DNA from: a virus
Lineage: Duplodnaviria > Heunggongvirae > Uroviricota > Caudoviricetes > Demerecviridae
DNA length: 64,000 nt
Direction: 5' to 3' (one strand)
Virus record (IMG/VR): IMGVR_UViG_2974655058_000001
Location: 7,652 to 71,651 of that record
A program made the translations under genes and the position numbers. How positions within the stretch are numbered: position 1 is the first letter of the stretch; every line of letters begins with the position of its first letter. The notes under the pieces were generated by a model, which was given only the letters and a program-made list of their open reading frames with translations, did no database searches and was not told the origin of the DNA. Shown in pieces: positions 45,278-54,974 of the stretch.

Positions 45278-46039
45278 TTACACCTTCCCCATGTCTTTAA
45301 AAATATCGTAGAATGCTTTAGACTCAGCAGAACGAACGTTATCGATCAATTCGATCATTGAGAATGGAGCATTTTCATATTTCTCATAAACTTCCATAAG
45401 AAGTGCTAGACCTGAGTCACCTTTAATGTCTTTCTGAGCTATATCTCCGCAGATAATTAAACGGCAGTCTTGTCCTACACGAGTTAGGAGACAAACCATT
45501 GCCTCAACGGAAATATTCTGAGCTTCATCGACAATTACATAGGAGTTGTTGAAAGTTCTGCCACGAGCATGTTCTATAGCCAAAAATTTAATTTTCTGGC
45601 GTTCGACATATCCCTTATAGGCATGATCACCGATGGCCCATTTCATACCATCAGCTATTGGCTCCAACCAAGGCTCTAGCTTTTCTGCTAGATCACCAGG
45701 AAGCATACCAAGAGACTTACCTAGAGGTTCATTAGGACGTACGAGAATCACTTGCTCAATATCTGAGTGAATGTCTACGAGTTCCTGAGCTGCAAGAACG
45801 GACGGGATAAAGGTTTTACCTGTACCTGGTTCACCGATACCTACAGTCACTGTGTTGTTCTTGATCATATTGATATATGATTTTTGCTCTCGGTTTTTAC
45901 CTACTAGGGATTTAGCAACTGGGTTAGCGTAATCATTAGAAAAATCAGCCTGAATTACGTTATTCTCATATTTGTTGCCACGCTTTCTTGAACCATTGCG
46001 GTTCTCTCTTTTTTGACGTGCTTTTCCCATAAATAACAC
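45278..46039 (-). CDS. phoH: PhoH-like ATPase
   Basis: GEPGTGKTF Walker A, PhoH family. Confidence 0.85.
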   Translation of the reverse strand: MLFMGKARQKRENRNGSRKRGNKYENNVIQADFSNDYANPVAKSLVGKNREQKSYINMIKNNTVTVGIGEPGTGKTFIPSVLAAQELVDIHSDIEQVILVRPNEPLGKSLGMLPGDLAEKLEPWLEPIADGMKWAIGDHAYKGYVERQKIKFLAIEHARGRTFNNSYVIVDEAQNISVEAMVCLLTRVGQDCRLIICGDIAQKDIKGDSGLALLMEVYEKYENAPFSMIELIDNVRSAESKAFYDIFKDMGKV

Positions 46040-46342
46040 TCCTATAGTGTACTTCGCTAACAGAGGATCAACAAAAAGATCTTGTTTATCAACTTACAAA
46101 TATATTATACCAGTATATGCAGTAAAAAGCAACTACAATTTTAAATAAGCCTATGATATTGCATTTAAATAAAAAATTTGCTTGCTTTTAACGGGAAATG
46201 TATGGTATTAGATAATCATTTTATACCGCGTACATAGGCGCGTGATTATACTATTTTAAGTACAAAATAGCAAATAAATTTTTTAACAATTTGCTAACCT
46301 TTTAGCACAGATCAAAATACACTATCTAAGAGAAAAATTATA

Positions 46343-46371
46343 TTGACATTTGCCCTTGAATAAGCTATAAT
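46343..46371 (+). promoter_or_regulatory. perfect-consensus sigma70 promoter upstream of nrdD
   Basis: TTGACA, 17 nt, TATAAT. Confidence 0.7.
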
Positions 46372-46400
46372 AGTAGTCTTAGCTAGAGAAGGAGAGTATA

Positions 46401-48275
46401 ATGAATCGCAATGATGAACTAAAGTACAAGGAAATGCAGTCCTTGATTAGAAACTGCAAAGAAATTATTGAGGGTTCTGCTGATGAAGAGCTTCTCTTTA
46501 ATAATGCGAATAAACCCTCTGAGCGTTTCCCTACACAAAGGGATATGCTTGCAGGGGAATTGAGTAAATATCTGATTCTAGAAGAAATGCCAATTCAGAT
46601 TCGAAATGCTCATATGATTGGTGATATTCACTTTCATGATGCTGATTACGCTGCTTTAGGCATGACTAACTGTTGCCTAGTAGCCCTGGAAGATATGTTG
46701 AAAAATGGTATGAAAGTTGGTAATGCTGAAATTAGCACTCCAAACTCTATCACTACTGCGGCTGCTATTACAGCTCAGATTATCACACAGGTTAGTTCCC
46801 ATCAGTATGGAGGTACTTCTGTAGACCGATTAGATGAAGTATTGGCTCCTTATGTTCGTAAGTCTTATGATAAGAATCATGCGTTTGCAAAACGTTGGAC
46901 TAAGGATGAAGCCAAAGCATCAGTAATGGCTACGGAGATGACTGAAAAAGAAGTCTATGATGCTTGTCAGGGTCTAGAGTATGAAATCAATACGATGTTC
47001 AACTCTAATGGTCAGAGTCCATTTATTACCTTTGGTTTTGGTCTAGGAACTTCTTGGGAATCACGTCTAGTACAGAAAGCAATACTGAAAGTACGTATGG
47101 ATGGCCTAGGCATCAATAAACGTACAGCTATCTTTCCGAAACTGGTGTTTGTTCTGCGTGATGGCGTAAATATGAAGCCAGGGGATGTTAATTATGACAT
47201 CAAGAAGTTAGCTATGAAATGTACTGCTGAACGTATGTATCCAGACTATATCAGCTATGATAAGGTTGTGGAAGTTACTGGTGACTATAAAGTTTCTATG
47301 GGTTGCCGTTCATTCCTAGCTGCTACAGAAGATGGTGAAACTGCCGGTCGTAATAACTTAGGTGTTGTTTCTGTAAACTTGCCTAGAATTGCTATCGAAG
47401 CTGAAGGGAATATTGATCTATTCTTTGACTTGCTTGAGTTACGTGTGGATACAGCGTTAAAAGTATTGGAGTGGAGAGTTGATCGCTTAAAATACATTCA
47501 AGCTAAAGCCGCACCCATCCTCTATATGTCAGGAGCCTTTGGATTACGCTTGGGGCCTGATGAATATGTATTCGATCATTTCTATAACCGTGCTTCTGTA
47601 TCTCTAGGGTATATTGGTTGCCATGAAATGCTACAGTTCATGTTTGGCAAAGATGTAGACACAATGTCCGAGACCTGCATCAAGTTTGTTCAGCGTGTAT
47701 TGCAGTACATGCGAGATAGAGTCGATCAGAAGAAGGAAGAGACTAAGTTAGGTTATAGCCTGTATGCTACACCATCAGAGTCCCTATGTGATCGCTTTTG
47801 TCGTCTAGACCGTGAATATTTCCCGGAGCATGAAGATATTCTGTCCAAAGGATACTACACCAACTCTCACCACCTTGATGTGGAACGTAAAGTTGCTCCT
47901 AACGTGAAATTTGATTATGAATCTAACTTTACTCCTATTGCTTCTGGTGGGTGTATTTCCTATGTAGAACTACCAGATATGAAACGATTCCCAGATGCAC
48001 TGGAATGGGTTATTAATTATGCTGCTAGTAAAGTTCATTACTTCGGTATTAATACTCCAGTGGATTCTTGCGGTAAATGTGGATTCTTAGGTGAAACAGT
48101 AGCATCCGAAGATGGGTTTAAGTGCCCTATCTGTGGTAATCATGACCCCGAAACTCTTGAAGTAACTCGTCGAGTTTGTGGGTATCTTGGAAATCCAGGT
48201 GCTCGTCCATTTAACCCCGGCAAACAGCACGAGGTTATGGGCAGGGTGAAACATCAGGATATTCGAGCTAAATAA
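46401..48275 (+). CDS. nrdD: anaerobic ribonucleoside-triphosphate reductase (class III)
   Basis: glycyl-radical RVCGYLG and a C-terminal CxxC...CxxC Zn site. Confidence 0.9.
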   Translation: MNRNDELKYKEMQSLIRNCKEIIEGSADEELLFNNANKPSERFPTQRDMLAGELSKYLILEEMPIQIRNAHMIGDIHFHDADYAALGMTNCCLVALEDMLKNGMKVGNAEISTPNSITTAAAITAQIITQVSSHQYGGTSVDRLDEVLAPYVRKSYDKNHAFAKRWTKDEAKASVMATEMTEKEVYDACQGLEYEINTMFNSNGQSPFITFGFGLGTSWESRLVQKAILKVRMDGLGINKRTAIFPKLVFVLRDGVNMKPGDVNYDIKKLAMKCTAERMYPDYISYDKVVEVTGDYKVSMGCRSFLAATEDGETAGRNNLGVVSVNLPRIAIEAEGNIDLFFDLLELRVDTALKVLEWRVDRLKYIQAKAAPILYMSGAFGLRLGPDEYVFDHFYNRASVSLGYIGCHEMLQFMFGKDVDTMSETCIKFVQRVLQYMRDRVDQKKEETKLGYSLYATPSESLCDRFCRLDREYFPEHEDILSKGYYTNSHHLDVERKVAPNVKFDYESNFTPIASGGCISYVELPDMKRFPDALEWVINYAASKVHYFGINTPVDSCGKCGFLGETVASEDGFKCPICGNHDPETLEVTRRVCGYLGNPGARPFNPGKQHEVMGRVKHQDIRAK

Positions 48276-48283
48276 GCTAATCA

Positions 48284-48320
48284 GCCGGGTTGCTAGTCGA
48301 CCTGGCTTTTATTTTATTTG
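48284..48320 (+). terminator. rho-independent terminator after nrdD
   Basis: AGCCGGG...CCTGGCT stem followed by TTTTATTTTATTT. Confidence 0.6.
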
Positions 48321-48346
48321 CTTTCAGCCAAAAATTTATATATAAT
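48318..48346 (+). promoter_or_regulatory. T5 early-promoter-like module (PN25-family-like)
   Basis: TTGCTT-17-TATAAT then TAGATTTATAAATTTGAGAGGAG. Confidence 0.6.
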
Positions 48347-48374
48347 AGATTTATAAATTTGAGAGGAGAAAGAT

Positions 48375-48587
48375 ATGAGAGTTCACAAGGTAGATAAAGA
48401 ACGTATCTATTTTATTATGGATTCTGGGGCATATGGTTCCATTCTCCGTGAGGATATAACTAAATTATGTTTAGTAAATACTTGGATGGACGAAGAGAAG
48501 ATTGATCCTAGGGCGGGATTGTGCTTATCTGAGCCCGCCCTTTCTATTGCTAATGCAGAAATTGAAATGTTTGAGGAACAAGAATGA
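48375..48587 (+). CDS. hypothetical small protein
   Basis: ORF track; follows the promoter module. Confidence 0.5.
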   Translation: MRVHKVDKERIYFIMDSGAYGSILREDITKLCLVNTWMDEEKIDPRAGLCLSEPALSIANAEIEMFEEQE

Positions 48588-48787
48588 AAAACGTAAAACA
48601 TCTTAAATATCGCTTAATTTACAACGGACGTATGGAAACAGAAGATCTGGCCCAACTAGCTATTAATTCTAATGAGGTTACAGTGCGTGCACTGGCAATT
48701 GAAAAGTTGCGTGCTTCTTATGAAAATCGTGTTATGGAACTAGAGGAGAAACTTTATGGACTTCTTGAATCAGAATCTAAAAAGTAA
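48584..48787 (+). CDS. hypothetical small protein
   Basis: ORF track, ATGA-coupled. Confidence 0.45.
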   Translation: MKNVKHLKYRLIYNGRMETEDLAQLAINSNEVTVRALAIEKLRASYENRVMELEEKLYGLLESESKK

Positions 48788-48950
48788 TCCAGAAAACATG
48801 CTTATTGAGCAGTGGAACTTTGGTTATAATGCTGGTGTAGCTACTTGTATTGCTAGATTGGATATGCTTATTAAACAAGAAAAGGTACGCCCGGAGGAAG
48901 CAATTTTACTCCGAAATATTATCGAAGGATTTAAGCAAGGAATCGTATAG
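48756..48950 (+). CDS. hypothetical small protein
   Basis: ORF track. Confidence 0.45.
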   Translation: MDFLNQNLKSNPENMLIEQWNFGYNAGVATCIARLDMLIKQEKVRPEEAILLRNIIEGFKQGIV

Positions 48951-49786
48951 TGCGTAGATTAATTATTATTAGCGGTGCGGGTTTGAGTGTTGAAAGTGGT
49001 GTACGAGCTTTTCGTACTGATACTGCTAGTGGTAAAGCATTGTGGGATGATTATGATCTAGAAGAAGTATGTAATATTCATGCCTTTCGTGGTAATTTTT
49101 ACCATAAAACCCATATGTTTTACAACAAGCGACGTGAAGAGCTAAAAACTGTTGAACCTAACCTTGCGCATCTTCGTATTGGTGAGTGGTATAAACAATA
49201 CCCAGGTCAAGTAGTAAATTTGACTACTAACGTTGATGACCTTATTGAGCGTGCTGGTGTTCCCCATAATGATATTCTCCACATTCATGGATACTTAAAG
49301 GAGGTTGTTGTAGCTGATAGCTACAATAGTAGTAATAAACGAATTATTGATGTTGGGTATAGTTCTATTGACCCCGATGACTTTGACTGGGTTAAACCTA
49401 ATGTAATTTTCTTTGGGGAACATGCTCCAGCGTACAAAACAATGTATGAGATTTTTGATGGCATTACCAGTCAAGATATGATCATTGTGGTTGGTTGCTC
49501 TAACCAAGTAATTAACTTCTATTGGGAATTATTTCCTGTTCTTAATTTGACTGCTGCGAAACTTATGGTTGTTAACTATTATGATAGTGTCCTCGCAGCG
49601 GAACCGGGCTATCAAGGTATGACTCGTAGTGAGATGTACCAGCTGGAAGAACGTGGTGTCCCTTACTGGAGTAAAGGTGCGGTAGATGCTTTCAGTGACC
49701 CTGATTTTATTGCTCGTGTAGAAGCCCATTTAGAGGGTAGACCTTATGTGACGGAGAGAAGGGGAAACAGATATGTCCATAGTTAA
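48950..49786 (+). CDS. Sir2-family (sirtuin-like) NAD-dependent protein
   Basis: ISGAGLSVESGVRAFR, TTNVDDLIERAG and HIHG motifs; GTG start overlaps the upstream TAG. Confidence 0.7.
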   Translation: MRRLIIISGAGLSVESGVRAFRTDTASGKALWDDYDLEEVCNIHAFRGNFYHKTHMFYNKRREELKTVEPNLAHLRIGEWYKQYPGQVVNLTTNVDDLIERAGVPHNDILHIHGYLKEVVVADSYNSSNKRIIDVGYSSIDPDDFDWVKPNVIFFGEHAPAYKTMYEIFDGITSQDMIIVVGCSNQVINFYWELFPVLNLTAAKLMVVNYYDSVLAAEPGYQGMTRSEMYQLEERGVPYWSKGAVDAFSDPDFIARVEAHLEGRPYVTERRGNRYVHS

Positions 49787-49955
49787 ATCCGTTTATACAC
49801 ATCCCGATGATATATTTGTATGGGCGGACGGTAGTTGGTGCTATCGCTGTGAGCTGTGGGAAATGGACTATAAATCCGATGACTATGGTGTCATATATGT
49901 TGATACGGCTGAGTATGATACGTTCTTAGAAAGGAACAAAAATGGAAATAAGTAA
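49773..49955 (+). CDS. hypothetical small protein
   Basis: ORF track; GGGGAA RBS. Confidence 0.45.
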   Translation: MSIVKSVYTHPDDIFVWADGSWCYRCELWEMDYKSDDYGVIYVDTAEYDTFLERNKNGNK

Positions 49956-50448
49956 TACTCCAATTATTTTTCTAGACATTGATGGGGTGCTCAATTCGAG
50001 CATCTCCCATCATCATGCACCTGATGATGAAAAGATTTTCTTTGGAAGTGACTGGGTTTTCAAACCGCTTCTCAAGGCTTTTCAGGATTTTATTCGTCCT
50101 TCTCGGATAATGATTGTTGGAATATCCTCATGGTTCTCTGTTAGGAATGAGATGGAGAACGTTCAGATTATGACCGGATTAGATCTTATCGATCGTTTTC
50201 TTGGTACAACGGATTTTACTGGTGGTGGATTATCTAGGGGTAATTCTGTTCTTCGCTTCGTTGAAAAGCATAAGCTCAAACATTGGTGTGTGCTGGATGA
50301 CGCCGGTGCTATGATGTATCAGTATCCAACGGTTATAGTCAATGGTAGAACTGGAATAAATCTTCAAGATTTAAGAGCTGTTAGCTATATGTTAGAATTT
50401 AGTCCAGATCTTGAAATGTGTAAAGCCCTACAACAATTTAAGGTGTAA
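49942..50448 (+). CDS. HAD-superfamily phosphatase-like protein
   Basis: IFLDIDGVLN (DxDG) motif I. Confidence 0.45.
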   Translation: MEISNTPIIFLDIDGVLNSSISHHHAPDDEKIFFGSDWVFKPLLKAFQDFIRPSRIMIVGISSWFSVRNEMENVQIMTGLDLIDRFLGTTDFTGGGLSRGNSVLRFVEKHKLKHWCVLDDAGAMMYQYPTVIVNGRTGINLQDLRAVSYMLEFSPDLEMCKALQQFKV

Positions 50449-50450
50449 AT

Positions 50451-50879
50451 ATGTTCAATAATGTATTCTCTAAAGAGGCTAACCCAATTTTGGTTAACTT
50501 TTGGCGTACTCTCCCAGCTAGCCTGTATAATGAGGCTATTAACTCCTTGAAAATATGGTGTGAGAATAGCGAAATCTCCTTTGCTTTTAAAGATGATATT
50601 GATGAGGCTCCCTGTATTGGTTTAATTGTGCAGGTAGAGGAGGGTCTTGAAGAGATTGTGGGCTGGAAAGAGTTAGACGAAATGGGCTTAGTTTTTGCGT
50701 TAAATTATAAGCTGTTTATGCCTGCTAAGCATCGCCTTGTTGTTAACTATAAAACTAGTGAATCTCCTGGTTTTCAGGTTAATGAACGTTACGGTTGGTC
50801 TTACTCACCGGAAGAAGTAAATGAGGGGATTCAGAAACTTCGACGTTTCGGGTATATGATCCCAGGTTTAACTGCTTAA
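50451..50879 (+). CDS. hypothetical protein, paralog A of a tandem pair
   Basis: shares ELDxMGLxxALNxxLFxP...IPGL with the next ORF. Confidence 0.55.
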   Translation: MFNNVFSKEANPILVNFWRTLPASLYNEAINSLKIWCENSEISFAFKDDIDEAPCIGLIVQVEEGLEEIVGWKELDEMGLVFALNYKLFMPAKHRLVVNYKTSESPGFQVNERYGWSYSPEEVNEGIQKLRRFGYMIPGLTA

Positions 50880-50888
50880 GGAGGCAGA

Positions 50889-51281
50889 ATGGAACAAGTA
50901 TATTGGCGTCAGATTGATCCTAGTTTGGTGAAACGTGGGGAGAAGCTGCTACAACGTTGGTTGGGGGTAAGACAAGCTTCCTTCACTTTTCCGGAGCAGC
51001 AAATAGATGATCCCTGTGTTGGTGTTTTCCTATCCGGCTACGCGGGGGAATGGGAATTGGATTGGAATGAATTGTCTGCTATGGGTTTAATTGTTGCCCT
51101 AAATTTCTCTTTGTTCCATCCACGTGGTTTTGCCATATGTCGTGTGCCTGATGACGGTTGTTCGCCCCATCTTTTACAGGTGGAAGATGATATTTGGGAG
51201 TACACTCCAGATATTCTCAAAGAAGCCAAAGAACAATTAAACCGTGTTGGGATCTATGTTCCGGGGCTAAATGATAAATGA
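50889..51281 (+). CDS. hypothetical protein, paralog B of the tandem pair
   Basis: paralogous to 50451..50879. Confidence 0.55.
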   Translation: MEQVYWRQIDPSLVKRGEKLLQRWLGVRQASFTFPEQQIDDPCVGVFLSGYAGEWELDWNELSAMGLIVALNFSLFHPRGFAICRVPDDGCSPHLLQVEDDIWEYTPDILKEAKEQLNRVGIYVPGLNDK

Positions 51282-51304
51282 TTTTTATTAGTTGACCTCT
51301 GATT

Positions 51305-51333
51305 ACCGAGTCATTTTGGCTCGGTTTTCTCTA
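51305..51333 (+). terminator. rho-independent terminator
   Basis: CCGAG...CTCGG followed by TTTTCTCT. Confidence 0.55.
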
Positions 51334-51898
51334 TGCTCAAAGACACTGATAGCACCATCCGGAAAATTTTACTTGCAGGATGCCCAAAATCTTGATATAA
51401 TATTTATATTGAATTGAGAGACATTAGTAAAAATTGATTTTGCTAATTTTTCTTGTTTACAATCCGCGATACGGAACAGTTAGGCTGCCCCATTAAGGGT
51501 TGTTTTAACTATTACTAGTGTTTATATTGCATTAGTTAATCTTCAATTAAGTGATCTGTGTACCCTGAATTCGGAAAGGTAAATCCAAACCGTGCATATT
51601 TAGCTCGTTATATAGGCAGAGTTTTATATGGGGGTGCGAACGAAAAGAGCAGCGAATGGCGGCACGTACAGTAGTCACCTACCAATAGGATAGTGAGGAC
51701 AAATAGAATCGGCTTAGCGGCCAATGACCTAGGTTCTATTCTGTATATGAGCGAAGAGAGCACAGCACTGAGATATGATAACTTATTCATATTGTTTGAT
51801 GATAATTGATGTTTACGTAAATAGTAGTAATAGTTGTTCTATTCTTTCTGAATAGTCCTAAAGAAAAGATTTCGATTAATCAACACAGGAGTATTGTT

Positions 51899-54688
51899 GT
51901 GTTTTCTATCCTCCAAGGTCACGCTGGGTTTTCTCGTGATTTAGCAACAGGTATTTGGCGAGAAATCAAAGCGGAAGATTATACCTTTGCCAAACGATTC
52001 TCGAAAGAGCATCCAGAAGGTAAACCAGCTTCTATGCCCTTCAAATTTGATGTAATAGAAGAGCACGACCCACAAAGCCTTGCCGAAATGTTACCACTTA
52101 TGAGACGTTTAACGTCTGACCCTCATATCGTTGCGGTACGAGGTCGATGTCTTGCACCTAAAAATAATGTGCGACGTAAGAAAGGTAACTTTAATGTATC
52201 CAACCCTAGCAATATTATTGCTATGGACGTGGACGGTATCCTAGATACCGGTGGGTACGACAAGTTTAATCTTGTAGGTATGGCCCGCCACATTATTAAG
52301 ATGTTGAATAGTATTAGTGAGGACATGTTCCCTCTTGATGCAGGGTTTATTGCTCATGCATCGTCTTCGGCTGGCCTAAAACCAGGTATCCGAATGCACT
52401 TAATGCTAGAATCTAACGTCAAGGTAACTCAAGGTCAGTTAAAGTTCTTATTTACGTCTATCAATGATAGTAGTAAGCAAAAATTTGGTTTTGATATTGC
52501 CGACTTAGCTTATTATTCATCTGTCCAGCTCCACTATTTTGCCGACCCTTTATTTAGCGATGGTATTGTTGATCCGTTTAAAGCGGAGAGTAAGCCACGT
52601 CTGGTGTATGTTAAAGGTTCGAAGGTAAATTTGCCTAATAATCTGGTTGACTATGAAACAACTAGAGGGGAGTTTAAGGAAGAGTTTTATTCTTTACTTG
52701 ATCAAATTAAAGGCAAAAAGATTGCTTCTGATAAAGTAGAAGAAACCATCAGCGAATTGGAAGAAGCTGAGGATGGGGTGTACTTGCGTATTATCCCCAA
52801 ACTCTACCATAGAGCATTAGAGGATGGTGTTGATTTCGCATGGCTAGAACGTGAGATTAAACCCGCTTTATCTGAATATATTGCAACTAAAGATAACAGT
52901 CGTAATATTCAAGATTACTTTAATAACGGTCGTAAGCAGGCTCTCAAAGCGTTTGTTAATAATTCTAAACGTGAGATCCCATTAAATCTGAAGGGTGTTC
53001 CACTCAAGAAATTAGAAGTGGATTCTCCACCAGAAGTTCCATACCTGAAGATTAACATTGTGCCCCCAAAAGGCCATATAACATTTGTTAAGGCAAGTCT
53101 TGGTACTGGTAAAACTACGGCAGTAACTAAATGGCTGGACGCAGGAGTTCTTCCTGGCAACTTTTTAGCAGTTACAAATACTAGAGCGCTGGTATCTTCA
53201 AACGCTAAGAAATTTAGCGCAGGACAATACGATAAGTCTGTAGATATGCTCAACTTTAAACGTGGAGCTATTGATCGTATGTCCACAACTATTCACTCTT
53301 TGCATAGGTTCAAAAGTTTTATTGGTCAAATAGACACCATTTTTATTGATGAGTGTGACGCTGTAATGAATGATCTGTTATTCGCCCCCGTTGTTAAACA
53401 ACGTCGTGAATGTATTCAAGTTCTACGTGACATCCTCATGACAGCTAAAACTGTAATTCTATCAGATGGTGATATTAGTGCCGAAACTATTGAAGCATAT
53501 GGTTCTCTAATTGATTTTGATAAACCAGTAGCATTTTATAATCATCACCGTAAGATGCTATCAAAAGCTCATGCTTATGAGTTTCCTGATGAATCCAGTA
53601 TTTGGGTTGCACTTCAGACTTCTCTAGAGATGGGGGAGAAATCTATCCTAGTATCTGACTGTGGGCCGGATGAACTGAATGAGAAGGGCATGGCATTGCG
53701 TCGTAATACGGGTGCGTTAGTTAAGGAAATCCACTCAAATTCTACATCCGATGTAGATATTCGACGTATTCTGGATTACACAACTAATGAGCTAATTGAC
53801 CAACAAATTGATTGCTTATTATGTAGTCCATCCGTAACGAGTGGTGTTGACTTCAATTACTTTGATAACGTATTTGTTATTACTAGAACTAGTAACCAAG
53901 CGCCAAACATGCGTTTTCAAGCAATCAGGCGCGACCGTGGTGCTCAGAATATCTATTATTTTATTGATAAATCCACTAGTGGGTTCTCCGCAGGTTCTGA
54001 ACAATATAATATTGATGAAGGTTGGCTGGAGTTAGCACAGCAATTATACGCACGTCGCAGGGAGCTGGAATCTAGGAACTATACTAGTACTTTACGTTAT
54101 TACTTGCTTGATCAAGGTGCAACTATTGATATTTTCAGCGAAAGCTGGGGAACTATTGAAGGTGCTGGTAAAGAGTACACAGAAGAGCGAATCAAAGCTA
54201 TTCTACATTCAACTCCGGATTATTGTGCTCCACGTCATGCGGATGCGTACGAGGCTAAACTACTTCTTGTTCGCTATTATCATCTTGAGTCTATTAAAGA
54301 TGTAACAGTTGAGCATGTTGAACAATATATCAAAGATAAACCCAATGATCGAGCTGCATTCTTCCATAAGATGCATGAGATGTTCTGGGAAGATATTAAG
54401 AAGTGTTCAAATGTCACTATCAAACCATTCATAGAGGCTCTGAAAGGTAAGAAGAAAGATTTCTTCCTTAAAACAGGTCAGAGTGCTAACCCAAAATATG
54501 CCAGAATGTATCTTGGTATGATGGGTATTGGTAAGGATATGAACACGGAGAATATTGTAGACTGGTACAGAACCTATTGTAAAATCGAGTGTATGCCAAT
54601 CCCGTATAAGTTTATGACTGAGGAGGAGAAACATATGCATGATGAAGCAATGGCAGAGCTAGGTGCTAGAAATGACAGTGAAGAATAA
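51899..54688 (+). CDS. 929-aa P-loop NTPase/helicase-like protein (candidate replication origin-binding protein, UL9-like)
   Basis: Walker A LGTGKTT and Walker B FIDECD; GTG start after AGGAG; sits before the replication genes. Confidence 0.5.
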   Translation: MFSILQGHAGFSRDLATGIWREIKAEDYTFAKRFSKEHPEGKPASMPFKFDVIEEHDPQSLAEMLPLMRRLTSDPHIVAVRGRCLAPKNNVRRKKGNFNVSNPSNIIAMDVDGILDTGGYDKFNLVGMARHIIKMLNSISEDMFPLDAGFIAHASSSAGLKPGIRMHLMLESNVKVTQGQLKFLFTSINDSSKQKFGFDIADLAYYSSVQLHYFADPLFSDGIVDPFKAESKPRLVYVKGSKVNLPNNLVDYETTRGEFKEEFYSLLDQIKGKKIASDKVEETISELEEAEDGVYLRIIPKLYHRALEDGVDFAWLEREIKPALSEYIATKDNSRNIQDYFNNGRKQALKAFVNNSKREIPLNLKGVPLKKLEVDSPPEVPYLKINIVPPKGHITFVKASLGTGKTTAVTKWLDAGVLPGNFLAVTNTRALVSSNAKKFSAGQYDKSVDMLNFKRGAIDRMSTTIHSLHRFKSFIGQIDTIFIDECDAVMNDLLFAPVVKQRRECIQVLRDILMTAKTVILSDGDISAETIEAYGSLIDFDKPVAFYNHHRKMLSKAHAYEFPDESSIWVALQTSLEMGEKSILVSDCGPDELNEKGMALRRNTGALVKEIHSNSTSDVDIRRILDYTTNELIDQQIDCLLCSPSVTSGVDFNYFDNVFVITRTSNQAPNMRFQAIRRDRGAQNIYYFIDKSTSGFSAGSEQYNIDEGWLELAQQLYARRRELESRNYTSTLRYYLLDQGATIDIFSESWGTIEGAGKEYTEERIKAILHSTPDYCAPRHADAYEAKLLLVRYYHLESIKDVTVEHVEQYIKDKPNDRAAFFHKMHEMFWEDIKKCSNVTIKPFIEALKGKKKDFFLKTGQSANPKYARMYLGMMGIGKDMNTENIVDWYRTYCKIECMPIPYKFMTEEEKHMHDEAMAELGARNDSEE

Positions 54689-54905
54689 AAAGTGGGAAAC
54701 AAGGAAGTTTCCAGTAAAAGAACGTAAAGTTCCTGTTTACGACACTTCGGAAAAGCTATGTAGGGTGGTACCGCATAGATTAGCTGGCATCCCTAACATA
54801 TCCGAGTGGTTACTTAAGCAACGGAAAACTAACGTGTCTCTTCGCATCGGCTTTGAGTTAGATAAAGTCTATGCTGAGCTTGCTTCTTTGCTCAAGGAAT
54901 CGTAA
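54672..54905 (+). CDS. hypothetical small protein
   Basis: ORF track (alternative start 54663). Confidence 0.4.
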   Translation: MTVKNKKWETRKFPVKERKVPVYDTSEKLCRVVPHRLAGIPNISEWLLKQRKTNVSLRIGFELDKVYAELASLLKES

Positions 54906-54913
54906 AAATTTAT

Positions 54914-54943
54914 TTGCATAGTGCAAAAAATTTTCTGTATAAT
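54914..54943 (+). promoter_or_regulatory. T5 early promoter, PN25-like
   Basis: AAAATTTATTTGC...TTTTCTGTATAATAGATTCATAAATTTGAGAGAGGAGTT; matches PN25 as recalled from CTGTATAAT onward. Confidence 0.6.
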
Positions 54944-54974
54944 AGATTCATAAATTTGAGAGAGGAGTTTAAAT

